Shown here: piece after piece, positions 1 to 9,689 of the stretch
Layout: each line of letters starts with the position of its first letter
How positions within the stretch are numbered: the first letter of the stretch is position 1
Source of the DNA: Candidatus Pristimantibacillus lignocellulolyticus
GTDB lineage: Bacteria; Bacillota; Bacilli; Paenibacillales; Paenibacillaceae
Assembly (NCBI GenBank): GCA_023639215.1
Contig: CP097899.1
Location: 4,136,933-4,200,932, forward strand
DNA length: 64,000 bases
Direction: 5' to 3'
The notes under the pieces: generated by a model
Databases searched by the model: none
What the model was told of the DNA's origin: nothing
What the model saw: the letters and a program-made list of their open reading frames with translations, nothing else
Position numbers and translations under genes: made by a program

Positions 1-105
1 GAAGGAAATCATCCCAACCTCCATAGCGTCAAACAGCCAGCTTAGCCCCGCGCTAAACAACAATTTACGTTGTTTGGGTTCGCGTAATAAAGCTGATATC
101 TTCAT
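1..105 (-). CDS. MFS transporter (YceI/NiaP-like), N-terminal part; gene runs off the window start
   Basis: Manual translation from ATG at 105: MKISALLREPKQRKLLFSAGLSWLFDAMEVGMISF; the G(L)xWxFDAM motif is typical of TM1 of this MFS subfamily; GAGGAG RBS upstream. Confidence 0.75.
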   Translation of the reverse strand, partial: MKISALLREPKQRKLLFSAGLSWLFDAMEVGMISF

Positions 106-437
106 ATTCTCTGCTCCTCGTGTTCTATATATTTACTCGCTTGACATGATCAATTCGATTTTATCTAATCCAAAAAAAGATATAATATCGACTATTATAA
201 GTATGATCGTATCTTAGCGAACTAAATCATATAATACCATGGGAACACATCGCTTTAATATGGATGCAAAAATATAGAGTAAACATTTATACAGAATTTC
301 ATAATTTATTACGTAAAACAACGTTCTCCCTTAGTTCAAAGTTCTTTGACTATATACTTTGATTGTTAGTTTTTGTCAGGAAGTTCCTCTTCTAAAAAAG
401 CATCATGATAGAAATTTCCGAAGGTTAGAAAGATTCA

Positions 438-803
438 TTAAAAATAGATTAATCCAATTAGATGTAACATCCCCAATAAGCCCATTGGATAAATAATTAA
501 TCTTGAGAATAAATTCTTGAAATTATTATTTTGATGCTTCTCAAAGAAAAAATGAGCGATTGAGTGAATTATTAAAAACACATCTATAATTACGAAAGCT
601 ATAAGTTGATGACTAACAAATGAATATAATAATAAAGTATAGAGTGGCAAATGAAGAATAGTAAATATTTTGAATGCACGCTCATCTTCCATATCTTTTA
701 GGATTACGAACATTTTCCATTCTTTAGCTCTTATCGCATCCATTTCATGCAAAAGTAGGAGAGCAAAATTAATTGAGAAAATCATGAGTAAAATTGATGA
801 CAA
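438..803 (-). CDS. small membrane protein (DUF6713-like, HEMDA motif)
   Basis: 121 aa hydrophobic ORF with LLHEMDAIRAKEW motif. Confidence 0.6.
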   Translation of the reverse strand: MSSILLMIFSINFALLLLHEMDAIRAKEWKMFVILKDMEDERAFKIFTILHLPLYTLLLYSFVSHQLIAFVIIDVFLIIHSIAHFFFEKHQNNNFKNLFSRLIIYPMGLLGMLHLIGLIYF

Positions 804-1080
804 AGTTTTCGCCTCATTTATAAAATTTATTCTAAATTAATAACATCTCATATCACGCTTGGGGTTATTAATACTACGATTAAGAAACAATTATGTTTCC
901 AAACATGGAAAGTTATGCTAAACTGCCAGTTAGATGAAAAGGCTGCCAGCCCATTGCTTTGGAAGCCTTCTCCTATTGACTATTTAATGTCTCTTGATAG
1001 GAATTCTCGATTTCTTTTATTAGATTCACTTCTGGTGTATAGTAGGATTAGTTGGAAATATATTTCAGGAGGCAACAGCC

Positions 1081-1476
1081 ATGTCACAGGAGATTTGGAT
1101 TAACCTGCCGGTCAAAGATGTTGAGAGATCTACTTCCTTTTTCAATGAGATTGGATTCTATGCGGAGAGCGTTGGTAACGAGAGAGCAAAGCTTGTCATA
1201 GGTCAAACAATGATTCTGCTATTCCCGGATGCGGTGTTTGAGAAATTTACAGGATCAAAAACCGCAGATACTTCCCATAGCGCAGAAGTAATATTTTCCA
1301 TTGGAGCTGATAGCAGAGAAGAAGTAGACGCCTTTGTTCAAAAAGTAGAGTTTGCTGGAGGAAGCATCTTTGGCAAGCCGAGTGAAATTGACGGCTGGAT
1401 GTACGGCGCAGGATTTGCCGACCTGGACGGTCACCGATGGAACCTGCTGTACATGGATGAGAGCAAAATGCCTTAA
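1081..1476 (+). CDS. VOC/glyoxalase family protein
   Basis: IWINLPVKDVERS...F.DLDGHRWNL VOC signature; GGAGG RBS. Confidence 0.85.
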   Translation: MSQEIWINLPVKDVERSTSFFNEIGFYAESVGNERAKLVIGQTMILLFPDAVFEKFTGSKTADTSHSAEVIFSIGADSREEVDAFVQKVEFAGGSIFGKPSEIDGWMYGAGFADLDGHRWNLLYMDESKMP

Positions 1477-1486
1477 CAATAATATG

Positions 1487-1527
1487 AAAATGCCAGTCAC
1501 CTAATTAAGGTCACCGGCATTTTTTTT
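1487..1527 (+). terminator. intrinsic terminator after the VOC gene
   Basis: Imperfect GC-rich stem atgccagtcacc/ggtcaccggcat followed by T8. Confidence 0.7.
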
Positions 1528-1581
1528 CACCATATATAATCTCATATCTGTTATTCAAATTAAAATAATCAGTTATCTTTG

Positions 1582-2703
1582 TTAAAAAGAGTTAATCGTG
1601 TTTTTTGCTAGTGCGGCAACCTCAAGTAGCTCCAATGTTTTACAGTAGTCTTTCTTAATATCTCCGTCCATCGTATCTAGATCATCTTCTAAATAATCAA
1701 CCACGCTTATATCTTGAAACCAATCCCCCGCTTCAGCTTCCGGATGGTTAACATTTTTCCAACAATATTCAAGTTTTGGACTGTAAATTCTTCTTGCTCC
1801 TTTACGAAGTTGACACGATTTTAACCTTAATGGAAAAGTATTTCCTGGTACACTTTCATTTACATCATTGAATAAGTGCGGCCAATAATCTTTCCTTGAG
1901 CCAGTATGTGGATGATATTTTGCCCAATCTAGAGCATGTCTGTGAAAATCCGAATTTTTAAATAAAACGGAATACAACTTTTTACCAAGTAATATTCGCT
2001 CATGTAGAGATTGAAATTTTTGAAGAGTCTGTCCCTTTAAATTATTTCCTTCATAAGGGATAATAATTTGATTAATTGGCAACCAGCTCTGAAGTTGAAA
2101 TCCAATTTTGTTGAATATTTCTTTTTGATTATTAGGATTTTGAACGACCCTTTGTTCCAGATAACTTTGCTCATTAATGACTAACGCTATACAAAGAATA
2201 TAGGAATCTCGAACTCTCCAAAAATAGTTCCAAACAGTTTCCATAAACATTGAAACATTTAGTTGAGGGAGTAGATAAAACAGGGGTCTATTTTGAGCTA
2301 AACTCTCACCGTAAAGCAGAAACTGTGGGTATATATCTTGAAAAACCAGCCAGTTTCCGCGTTCTAAAAAATGAAAAAACGATTCCCGCTCCTTGCGAGA
2401 GAGTAGTTTAGTTAGAAACTCTCCCCTGAGATCGGTCATATTCCATCCGCCGTTCCGTGATACCATATGACCTAAAAATGCCCAGTGGATTTCAGGATGG
2501 CGAAGATAAAACTCGAGATAGGCCTTCGTTCGGGTTACATTATTTAGGTTATGCGCTTGGGTCTTACGTTGAATTTGATTCAAAAGCTCTTGCTCTGAAG
2601 AAGTTAGCTTTTTTGAAACAGAAGTGGAGTGTTTCATTTTTTTCTTTAATTCCTTGCGAATCGTTTGGAGTGGTGTAATTTGGCGTTTTCTAATAGAAAA
2701 CAT
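1582..2703 (-). CDS. DUF2515 family protein (YppC-like)
   Basis: NNVTRTKAY...HPEIHWAFLGHMVSRNGGWNMTDL motif; start moved from 2730 to ATG 2703 behind GGAGGGAG. Confidence 0.75.
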   Translation of the reverse strand: MFSIRKRQITPLQTIRKELKKKMKHSTSVSKKLTSSEQELLNQIQRKTQAHNLNNVTRTKAYLEFYLRHPEIHWAFLGHMVSRNGGWNMTDLRGEFLTKLLSRKERESFFHFLERGNWLVFQDIYPQFLLYGESLAQNRPLFYLLPQLNVSMFMETVWNYFWRVRDSYILCIALVINEQSYLEQRVVQNPNNQKEIFNKIGFQLQSWLPINQIIIPYEGNNLKGQTLQKFQSLHERILLGKKLYSVLFKNSDFHRHALDWAKYHPHTGSRKDYWPHLFNDVNESVPGNTFPLRLKSCQLRKGARRIYSPKLEYCWKNVNHPEAEAGDWFQDISVVDYLEDDLDTMDGDIKKDYCKTLELLEVAALAKNTINSF

Positions 2704-2843
2704 ATTAACTCCCTCCCTTATGAAAACCAATGTCTAGATGATTATTCTATTAAGAACTTTAGAAGTTGATGACAAGGAATTAATCAAATTACAATTTCCA
2801 AACTAATGGTCGTTACATAAAATAATGCATCATTAGAAATATG

Positions 2844-2889
2844 AAATACCCCCACCCATGATCTTTTTTATCTTAGGTGGGGGTATTTT
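2844..2889 (-). terminator. intrinsic terminator after fabI
   Basis: aaatacccccacc / ggtgggggtatttt inverted repeat. Confidence 0.7.
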
Positions 2890-2962
2890 GTTGGTGTATA
2901 TGTATCTTTATTAATACTTCTTCCAACTAGGGCGTAGCCGTAGCCGTAGCGTTATTACAGTA

Positions 2963-3733
2963 TTACATTCCTAATATATGATATCCAGCATCGACATGTA
3001 ATACTTCACCTGTAATACCTCTTGAAAGGTTACTAATGAGAAACATCGTTGCATCCCCTACTTCGTCTTGGTCAATATTTCGTCTGAGCGGAGCTCTATC
3101 TTCTATCGTGGACATGATGTCATTAAAACTAGAAACACCTTTTGCTGATAATGTGCGAATTGGACCTGCAGAAACTGCATTGACTCTGATCCCATATTTA
3201 CCCAAATCTTCTGCTAAGTATCTAACACTTGCTTCTAATGCAGCTTTTGCTACACCCATAACGTTATAGTTTTTTACGACACGTTCAGCTCCAATATAGG
3301 ACTGAGTCACAATGCTTCCGCCCTCAAGCATAAGTCTTTTGGATTCTCTTGCTACAGCAACTAGCGAATATGAACTTGAACTTTGTGCTAACATATATCC
3401 ATCTCTAGTTGTATCAACATACTCCCCTTGTAATTCATCTTTTTCTGCAAAAGCGACAGAATGTACAACTCCATGTATTTGCCCAGCAACATTTTCGATT
3501 TCCATAAAAGCAGATCTTATACTGTTATCATCAAGAACATCGCAGGATACAGTATACAAAGGTGAAATATTATTATCACTTAGAAGCTTTTCAAGTCTTT
3601 CTAGAGATCGCTCTTTGCGGTATGTAAATATTAATTCTGCTCCTTGTTGATGAAGGGATTTTGCAATGCCCCATGCAATACTTCTCTCATTCGCTACACC
3701 CATAATAACAATCTTTTTTTCTTTCAATAACAT
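2963..3733 (-). CDS. fabI: enoyl-ACP reductase FabI
   Basis: GVANERSIAWGIA, YNVMGVAKAALE (YxxMxxxK), VNAVSAGPIRTL motifs. Confidence 0.93.
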   Translation of the reverse strand: MLLKEKKIVIMGVANERSIAWGIAKSLHQQGAELIFTYRKERSLERLEKLLSDNNISPLYTVSCDVLDDNSIRSAFMEIENVAGQIHGVVHSVAFAEKDELQGEYVDTTRDGYMLAQSSSSYSLVAVARESKRLMLEGGSIVTQSYIGAERVVKNYNVMGVAKAALEASVRYLAEDLGKYGIRVNAVSAGPIRTLSAKGVSSFNDIMSTIEDRAPLRRNIDQDEVGDATMFLISNLSRGITGEVLHVDAGYHILGM

Positions 3734-3752
3734 TATTAATCCTCCTATGTGG

Positions 3753-3769
3753 TTGGTGCCTACTCTATT
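3753..3769 (-). promoter_or_regulatory. candidate FapR-like operator directly downstream of a TACAAT -10 element of fabI
   Basis: AGAGTAGGCACCAA resembles the AGACTAGGTACTAA FapR box core (11/14 by eye); position fits fabI control. Confidence 0.3.
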
Positions 3770-3786
3770 GTAAGCACACTCTTATT

Positions 3787-4302
3787 TTAGTCGTTTGCAT
3801 AACAATGTCTGATTTTCCCTCCATACATCGGACGTGTAAACTGAAGAGTAAACCCAGCAGATTCTAAGTTTTTAACGCTGGCATGGTTCTCAGGATGCAC
3901 AGTTGAATACAAGTAATTACAACCACTTTCTTTAGCACGTTCTTCCCTAATCTCATGAAACATTCTTTGCAAGCCTTGTCCACGAACAGATTCATGGACA
4001 ACAGTTGAATCGAGAACTGCAACAAATGCTAAATCTTGATCTGGTATTGCTAAGTCAATTCCGAGATTACTCTTGCTCTTTCCGGGAAATGCCAATACGG
4101 AATATGCGACTAATTGTTCATGATTAAAAGCACCGTAAATCTCTCCCTTTCCATTTATAATTTCTAAGAAATAATTCTCTTCATCCATAGCAAATTGATC
4201 CTGGAAAGGTAAACGTGAAATGACGTCCTTCATTAAAACTAGCACCTCAGGTATTTCTTGATGATACAGCCGACGTAATTTTAAATCCTCTCTTATATGC
4301 AA
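3787..4302 (-). CDS. GNAT N-acetyltransferase
   Basis: VVHESVRGQGLQ acetyl-CoA motif A; TVHPENHASVKNLESAGF. Confidence 0.85.
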   Translation of the reverse strand: MHIREDLKLRRLYHQEIPEVLVLMKDVISRLPFQDQFAMDEENYFLEIINGKGEIYGAFNHEQLVAYSVLAFPGKSKSNLGIDLAIPDQDLAFVAVLDSTVVHESVRGQGLQRMFHEIREERAKESGCNYLYSTVHPENHASVKNLESAGFTLQFTRPMYGGKIRHCYAND

Positions 4303-4340
4303 ATTAATAACCCCTTACTATGAGAACGACTAATTAGATC

Positions 4341-4811
4341 CTAGTTTGTAATTTCTTTTGTCATAAATACACTGTTGGGATCTTCATGGTAATCCCCAAA
4401 AGGATTACAATATTCAAAGTCGAATTGCTCGTATAACTTTCTGGCCGCTGTGAATCCTTCTATAGAACCCGTTTCTAAGCTCAAGCGGCGATATCCTAGT
4501 TGGCTTGCTTCCTCGATGATATGAGCAAGTAATTTAGATGCGACTCCCTTTCTAAGATGTTTTGTAGATGTACGCATTGATTTGAGTTCACCATGATAGT
4601 TACCAAGATCTTTAAGAGCGCCACATCCTAAGAGTTCTCCGTTTTCCCAAGCACTCCAGAAAGTAATATCTGGTGACTTTAATTGATCCAAGCCTAAAGC
4701 GTGTACACTCTCCGGCGGGGATTGTTCGAACATGCTATGTAAGTGCTCACTGACCAATTCAATTATTTTATTTCCGGTCAAATCATCGATTTTGATTTCC
4801 ATTAATTCCAC
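4341..4811 (-). CDS. GNAT N-acetyltransferase (YsnE/YedL-like)
   Basis: SPPESVHAL, GELKSMRT...LRKGVA, RLSLETGS motifs. Confidence 0.88.
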   Translation of the reverse strand: MELMEIKIDDLTGNKIIELVSEHLHSMFEQSPPESVHALGLDQLKSPDITFWSAWENGELLGCGALKDLGNYHGELKSMRTSTKHLRKGVASKLLAHIIEEASQLGYRRLSLETGSIEGFTAARKLYEQFDFEYCNPFGDYHEDPNSVFMTKEITN

Positions 4812-4954
4812 TCTCCGATATTTGAAAAATCTCTTCTCTTTGTTGATCTAGCTAACTGATCTTCACTTTATCCTGTGCTTCCTATTTTTCATCTAGAATT
4901 CTAATTAGTATAACACGATAAGGAGAAATGACTAGGTACGACTTAGTTCGATTT

Positions 4955-4995
4955 AAAAAGAAAAGTAGCTACATAAAGTAGCTACTTTTCTTTTT
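4955..4995. terminator. perfect 18-bp hairpin, terminator of the O-acetyltransferase gene
   Basis: aaaaagaaaagtagctac-ataaa-gtagctacttttcttttt. Confidence 0.75.
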
Positions 4996-5008
4996 CTAAA
5001 ATAATTAA

Positions 5009-5611
5009 TTAAAGGTTGATTTCTCGATTCTTAAAATAATACTTTTTATCATGCTCATTTATCTCTCGAAGCACCTTACATGGATTACCAACTGCTACTA
5101 CATTGGATGGAATATCTTTTGTAACTACGCTCCCTGCTCCTATCACTGTATTATCACCGATAGTAACACCTGGGAGTAATATTGCACCAGCTCCAATCCA
5201 GCAGTTTCTCCCAATAGATACAGGTGCGTTATATTGATAAGCTTGTTCACGAAGTTCAGGCAAGATTGGATGCCCTGCTGTAGCTACAGTCACATTTGGA
5301 CCAAACATTGTGTAATCACCAACGTAGATGTGTGTATCATCTACCAATGTCAAATTGAAATTAGCATATATGTTTTTACCAAAGTGAACATGCTTGCCAC
5401 CCCAATTTGAATGAAGTGGTGGCTCTATATAACATCCCTCTCCAATATCAGCGAACATATCTTTAAGTAGAATTGTTCTTTTGTCATATTCCATTGGCCG
5501 TGTCTTGTTAAAGTCATAAAGCTTTTCTAAACATTTAGTTTGCTCTTTAGCCAATTGCTCATCTCCAGGCAGGTATAAACTGCCATTGTGAAGTTGTGCT
5601 TTGATATCCAT
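5009..5611 (-). CDS. maa: sugar (maltose/galactoside) O-acetyltransferase, hexapeptide-repeat family
   Basis: IEPP...WG.HVHFG, hexapeptide repeats, IGAGSVVTKDIP...AVGNPCKV. Confidence 0.85.
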   Translation of the reverse strand: MDIKAQLHNGSLYLPGDEQLAKEQTKCLEKLYDFNKTRPMEYDKRTILLKDMFADIGEGCYIEPPLHSNWGGKHVHFGKNIYANFNLTLVDDTHIYVGDYTMFGPNVTVATAGHPILPELREQAYQYNAPVSIGRNCWIGAGAILLPGVTIGDNTVIGAGSVVTKDIPSNVVAVGNPCKVLREINEHDKKYYFKNREINL

Positions 5612-5626
5612 TTGAATATACCCCTC

Positions 5627-5880
5627 TCACCATTGAACCTGATCGATTCGCATGTCTTTATAATAATATTGTCTGTCGTGCTCTAATGGGTTTCCTACAG
5701 CAATTACGTTTGCAGGTATATCCTTAGTTACAATACTTCCAACTCCGATAACGCTGCCTTTTCCAATTGTAACACCAGGGAGTACTATTACACCACTTCC
5801 AATCCAAACATCATCCTCGATTACAACCGGTAGAGCAAAGATGCCACCTTCTCTTCGCACATTCGTTCTCTAATATTTAC
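5627..5880 (-). pseudogene. deleted remnant of a second sugar O-acetyltransferase
   Basis: AGGAGG RBS, then GTA-AAT-ATT-AGA-GAA-CGA-ATG ((M)NIRERM) joined out of frame to the C-terminal hexapeptide part ([13 protein letters not shown]...AVGNP); most of the N-terminal half is missing. Confidence 0.65.
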
Positions 5881-5925
5881 GTGTTATTCCTCCTGATTAA
5901 AATGATTTTTATAAGTTTTGTTTAA

Positions 5926-6495
5926 CTAACTTACTTCATTATTATAGATTAGTTGGACAACGCCAGATGAGAATAATCTTTTATTAACCAATTTCAAATT
6001 CAACCTCTGCTTTATATTAATAAACATCGGTTTTCCTTCTCCCAAAATAACGGGGTGTATAGATAATCTAAATTCATCAACTAGACCTAAATTAATAAAA
6101 GTTGTAATGAGACTTGCTCCGCCATACAGCCAGATGTCTTTACCAGGCGTATTCTTCAACATATTTACTTCTTCAACAATATTCTTATTAATAACGATTG
6201 CTCCAGTATCAGTCCCTACATGTGTTTTGGAAATCACATATTTCTCTTTACTATGTACCATTTCCCATATTTCTTTGTCGCTATCAGAGTCTTCAGCATT
6301 CGGGACATATTTTCCCCATAAATCGTAACTTTTTCTACCATAAAATATAGTATCAATTTGATTCAAGAAATTAGTGAAATCCATTTCTGGTTCCATTATG
6401 CACCAATCAACTTCTCCATTTTTCCCTTCAATCAAACCATCTAAAGTAACAGCTAAATCTAAAATTATTCTTCTCTGTTTTACGTTGTTTGACAT
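5926..6495 (-). CDS. dihydrofolate reductase family protein (RibD C-terminal domain, YyaP-like)
   Basis: LAVTLDGLIEG, GRKSYD, GKDIWLYGGASL, LVDEFRLSIHPVILGEG. Confidence 0.85.
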   Translation of the reverse strand: MSNNVKQRRIILDLAVTLDGLIEGKNGEVDWCIMEPEMDFTNFLNQIDTIFYGRKSYDLWGKYVPNAEDSDSDKEIWEMVHSKEKYVISKTHVGTDTGAIVINKNIVEEVNMLKNTPGKDIWLYGGASLITTFINLGLVDEFRLSIHPVILGEGKPMFINIKQRLNLKLVNKRLFSSGVVQLIYNNEVS

Positions 6496-6518
6496 AACTC
6501 TTCCCCTTATAATAGAAA

Positions 6519-6890
6519 TTAATTGATACTGTGAAGAGCATAAAGTGCATCCTGTTTATCTTTTAAGAAGAATACTTGCTTCCCATTGTTACACTCATAA
6601 ATAAAATCCTTCAAACTCTTGCTGTTATACTCATCAAAATCTCCAATAATAGCGAGCTTAACATTGTAATTCGCATATTTTTGAAGTACATCACCTGCAA
6701 TTCTTGTTTTTAGATCGAAGAAATCCTCAGTTATGTTCGATTTGTATATCATAATTTTATTGCATCCATTGTTGTTGTAACTAATAGAAGCCATTAAATC
6801 CAATGCATCTTGAACAACGTGTATTATGATGTCAGTGCTATCTACCATTGCGACTTTAGAGTTACCAATTTGGTCGATTATTATATTCAT
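6519..6890 (-). CDS. DUF4180 family protein
   Basis: DFFDLKTRIAGDVLQKYANY..KLAIIGDF..Y.SKSLKDFIYECNNG motif. Confidence 0.8.
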   Translation of the reverse strand: MNIIIDQIGNSKVAMVDSTDIIIHVVQDALDLMASISYNNNGCNKIMIYKSNITEDFFDLKTRIAGDVLQKYANYNVKLAIIGDFDEYNSKSLKDFIYECNNGKQVFFLKDKQDALYALHSIN

Positions 6891-6996
6891 TTCGTTTTCA
6901 CCTTTCGTTGTTAAGATGCTTTAATCTAATAATTTTATCATACAATTCACATTATCGGATAAGCGTATAACTTTTAGAATAATCTACCCGTTAGCA

Positions 6997-7032
6997 AGGA
7001 AAAGGCAGCTGTTAAATCAGCTGCCTTTTCCT
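6997..7032. terminator. terminator of the ger operon
   Basis: aggaaaaggcagctg / cagctgccttttcct inverted repeat. Confidence 0.75.
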
Positions 7033-8202
7033 TTAGTTACTTCTCCCCATACGACTATTTTTCATACTACTAGAATGCGTGATATTTAAGTCAATTTTGA
7101 TATCATTGATCGTATTTTCGGTAAGTAAAGTTTCTTCTACAGGGGACATGGCCTTCCATTTTTTATTGTCAGTTCTGTATAAAGTGTATTCAAGGTTCAA
7201 AATATCTGTCTGCTCTGATAAACCTATTTGGTATACTTCCCTTATCTCTTTTTCGATTGCAGATTTTGTTTCGTTGGTTAATTGTTGTAACCCCGTTAGA
7301 TTATTATTTGTTCGACTTATAATAGATCCAGTTGCCTTCATTAGAATATTATATTGCGGTTTGTTCCCTTCTTGGACCAATTTCAGTTTTGTTTTCGGTT
7401 TATCAACAACCATTTGAACATCTTCATCCTCTTTACTCGGAATGGCGATTGATGCTCTTATCGTACCAGGCTGAATCCAACGAAGTCCATTTAGCTTTTC
7501 CAAGGGGATATAGCTACGGAATTCTTCGTTTTTAAGAAAAAATGCCCCGTCAATCATTAATTTAGGTTCTGCTTTATTTGTTTCAACCCATTGATTGTTG
7601 TTTACGACAAGCGTAGGTATACAAGAAGTGAATCCGGACTCATTAATCTGACTAATTAATCTATGAAGCCTAACTGATTTTATTAAAGAATTTTGAGAGT
7701 AGACTCCTTGTGGTTCATGAAGAATAGTAGCAAGCGGTGACTGTTGGTAAAATCCGGATGTGGAAAAAATGTCTTTTACCGATTCCCTTGTACCATACAC
7801 CCAAGGTGTTAAACGAAATTCATAATAACGGACAAAACTATCGTAAATTTTCCCAATCCCTTGCTTAAATGCTGATTCACTTATCACGATTGCTGTCATA
7901 TGTCCCCAATATATTTTTTCTTGCGACGTTCGATAAAGATCAAAGAGTGAATCTTCAAAAGACAAGCCAATCCCTTCTCCTATCCATATATTAGAAGGGG
8001 CTTGCTGCTTATTATCTGTCTTAGCTACAGTAAGAAACTCTAATAACTGTATATAACTATGGTACTCGCCATCAACATAATCTACACCTATGGATGACAC
8101 ATAATTCAATTTTTCTATACTTTTGACGTCAGTACTACTACAACCTGATACTAATAAAGACTCAAAGAGCAGAACAAGTACAACTATTGATTTACGTAAC
8201 AA
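7033..8202 (-). CDS. spore germination receptor subunit C (Ger(x)C lipoprotein)
   Basis: Lipobox LVSGC; third gene of the ger triad. Confidence 0.85.
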   Translation of the reverse strand: MLRKSIVVLVLLFESLLVSGCSSTDVKSIEKLNYVSSIGVDYVDGEYHSYIQLLEFLTVAKTDNKQQAPSNIWIGEGIGLSFEDSLFDLYRTSQEKIYWGHMTAIVISESAFKQGIGKIYDSFVRYYEFRLTPWVYGTRESVKDIFSTSGFYQQSPLATILHEPQGVYSQNSLIKSVRLHRLISQINESGFTSCIPTLVVNNNQWVETNKAEPKLMIDGAFFLKNEEFRSYIPLEKLNGLRWIQPGTIRASIAIPSKEDEDVQMVVDKPKTKLKLVQEGNKPQYNILMKATGSIISRTNNNLTGLQQLTNETKSAIEKEIREVYQIGLSEQTDILNLEYTLYRTDNKKWKAMSPVEETLLTENTINDIKIDLNITHSSSMKNSRMGRSN

Positions 8203-8207
8203 CTACC

Positions 8208-9689
8208 TCACCTTTTCTGTTTATTGATCATCGATGACGAAACACGAGATCTCCTGAATGGGTCCATCAAAAATGCAGATAACCAATCCTTTATTTGCAA
8301 AGAAGATATCGGCTCTAAATAAGCCATCCCAAAGGACTCCAGTCGGCAAAGGTAGATTAAAATAGCGAACATGCTAAGAAAGAAACCATATATGCCTAGG
8401 TAAGAGGATACCAATAAAATACCTAACCTTAGTAAGCTAACCGTACCCGACAAAGATTGATTTACCAAACAAAACGAGGCTACTGCTGAAATAGCTATGA
8501 CTACTAGTAAGGTTGGAGATGCAAGACCAGCACGAATAAGCGATTCTCCGATAATAAGTCCGCCAACAATCCCCACCGTCTGTCCAACAGCTTTCGGTAG
8601 CCGAACACCTGCTTCTCGGAGTAGCTCAAATTGAAATAACAATAACAGCGCTTCAAGAAATGATGGCATTGGAACACCAGAACGCGAAACGACTACCGTA
8701 GACAATAGCTCAAATGGAATTTGGTCCAGATTCACGGAAGCAATTGCGATCCAAAAGCCCGGCAAGAAAATACTAAGTAATAAACCTAAAATTCGAAGTA
8801 ACCGTTGAAACATAACAATAAAATAAGGGAAATGGACATCTTCAGGAGTTTTCAATAATTCTAAATAGTTGCTTGGGCCGATAAGTACCATGGGGGAACC
8901 ATCTACAACTATTGCGAATCTCCCACGAAGTAACGTTTCTGCAACAAAATCAGGTCGTCCTATATAATCAATCAACGGAAACAGGGAGAACGTCCGATCA
9001 GACAACCATTGCTCCAATTGCCCACTACTTATAACGCTCTCTGCATGGAAATTTTCTAATCTTTTTCTAGCTTCAATAATCATATCCGGATTTGCTTTAT
9101 GAGTTAAATAGATCAATGAGACATTCGTCTTACTTAAGCTTCCTAAAACGAACAGTTCACTGAACAATAAACCCGTTTGCATTCGTTTTCTTATAAGAGA
9201 TATATTTGTGAATATATCTTCTGTGAAAGCATCTTTTGGACCTTTTATCGAAATTTCAGTATTAGATTCTTGCAGAGATCGTTGTGGAACGTCAGATATA
9301 CTTGCTAACCAGAAATTAGTGGAGCCCTCATGGTAAAGAATCAAGTTACCTGTAAACAGACCTGTAATCATATCTCCGATAGAATTTTTTGTTTCAATTA
9401 GAGGTAATTCTTCAGAATAACCCTTACCTTCTATCGTATAGGAAACTTTGTTGTTAATATACTTGCATATTCTAGTTAGGTATTCATTTAACTGGCTTTT
9501 ATCGACCATTCCTTCACAGTAACATGCCGTTAATTTCTCTGACGTTTCAAATTGTGCAAGTGATGGAAACTTAATATCTGCATATAACAAAAAGGATTGC
9601 TTCAATTGGTCAACAAGTAAACTTCCGTTTCGAAGATCTATGTCCAATTGTGCAAAAAGAGTAGATTCCTCAGAAGATTGATTCATCAT
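8208..9689 (-). CDS. spore germination receptor subunit A (GerA family)
   Basis: IKGPKDAFTEDI.TN.SLIRKR, ELLREAGVRLPKAVGQTVGIVGGLIIG motifs. Confidence 0.92.
   Translation of the reverse strand: MMNQSSEESTLFAQLDIDLRNGSLLVDQLKQSFLLYADIKFPSLAQFETSEKLTACYCEGMVDKSQLNEYLTRICKYINNKVSYTIEGKGYSEELPLIETKNSIGDMITGLFTGNLILYHEGSTNFWLASISDVPQRSLQESNTEISIKGPKDAFTEDIFTNISLIRKRMQTGLLFSELFVLGSLSKTNVSLIYLTHKANPDMIIEARKRLENFHAESVISSGQLEQWLSDRTFSLFPLIDYIGRPDFVAETLLRGRFAIVVDGSPMVLIGPSNYLELLKTPEDVHFPYFIVMFQRLLRILGLLLSIFLPGFWIAIASVNLDQIPFELLSTVVVSRSGVPMPSFLEALLLLFQFELLREAGVRLPKAVGQTVGIVGGLIIGESLIRAGLASPTLLVVIAISAVASFCLVNQSLSGTVSLLRLGILLVSSYLGIYGFFLSMFAILIYLCRLESFGMAYLEPISSLQIKDWLSAFLMDPFRRSRVSSSMINKQKR

Noticed and set aside
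130-150. Possible NiaR box upstream of the NiaP-like MFS gene
   Set aside because: Only one half-site (TGTCAAG) matches; insufficient support
915-1103. 62-aa ORF upstream of the VOC gene
   Set aside because: Overlaps the dispersed repeat and the VOC RBS; no recognisable family
2929-2950. Short tandem repeat (GTAGCC)x3 after fabI
   Set aside because: Only three units, no spacers and no cas genes; not a CRISPR array and no evident function
3036-3650. Plus-strand ORFs of 77 and 112 aa
   Set aside because: Antisense to the well-supported fabI
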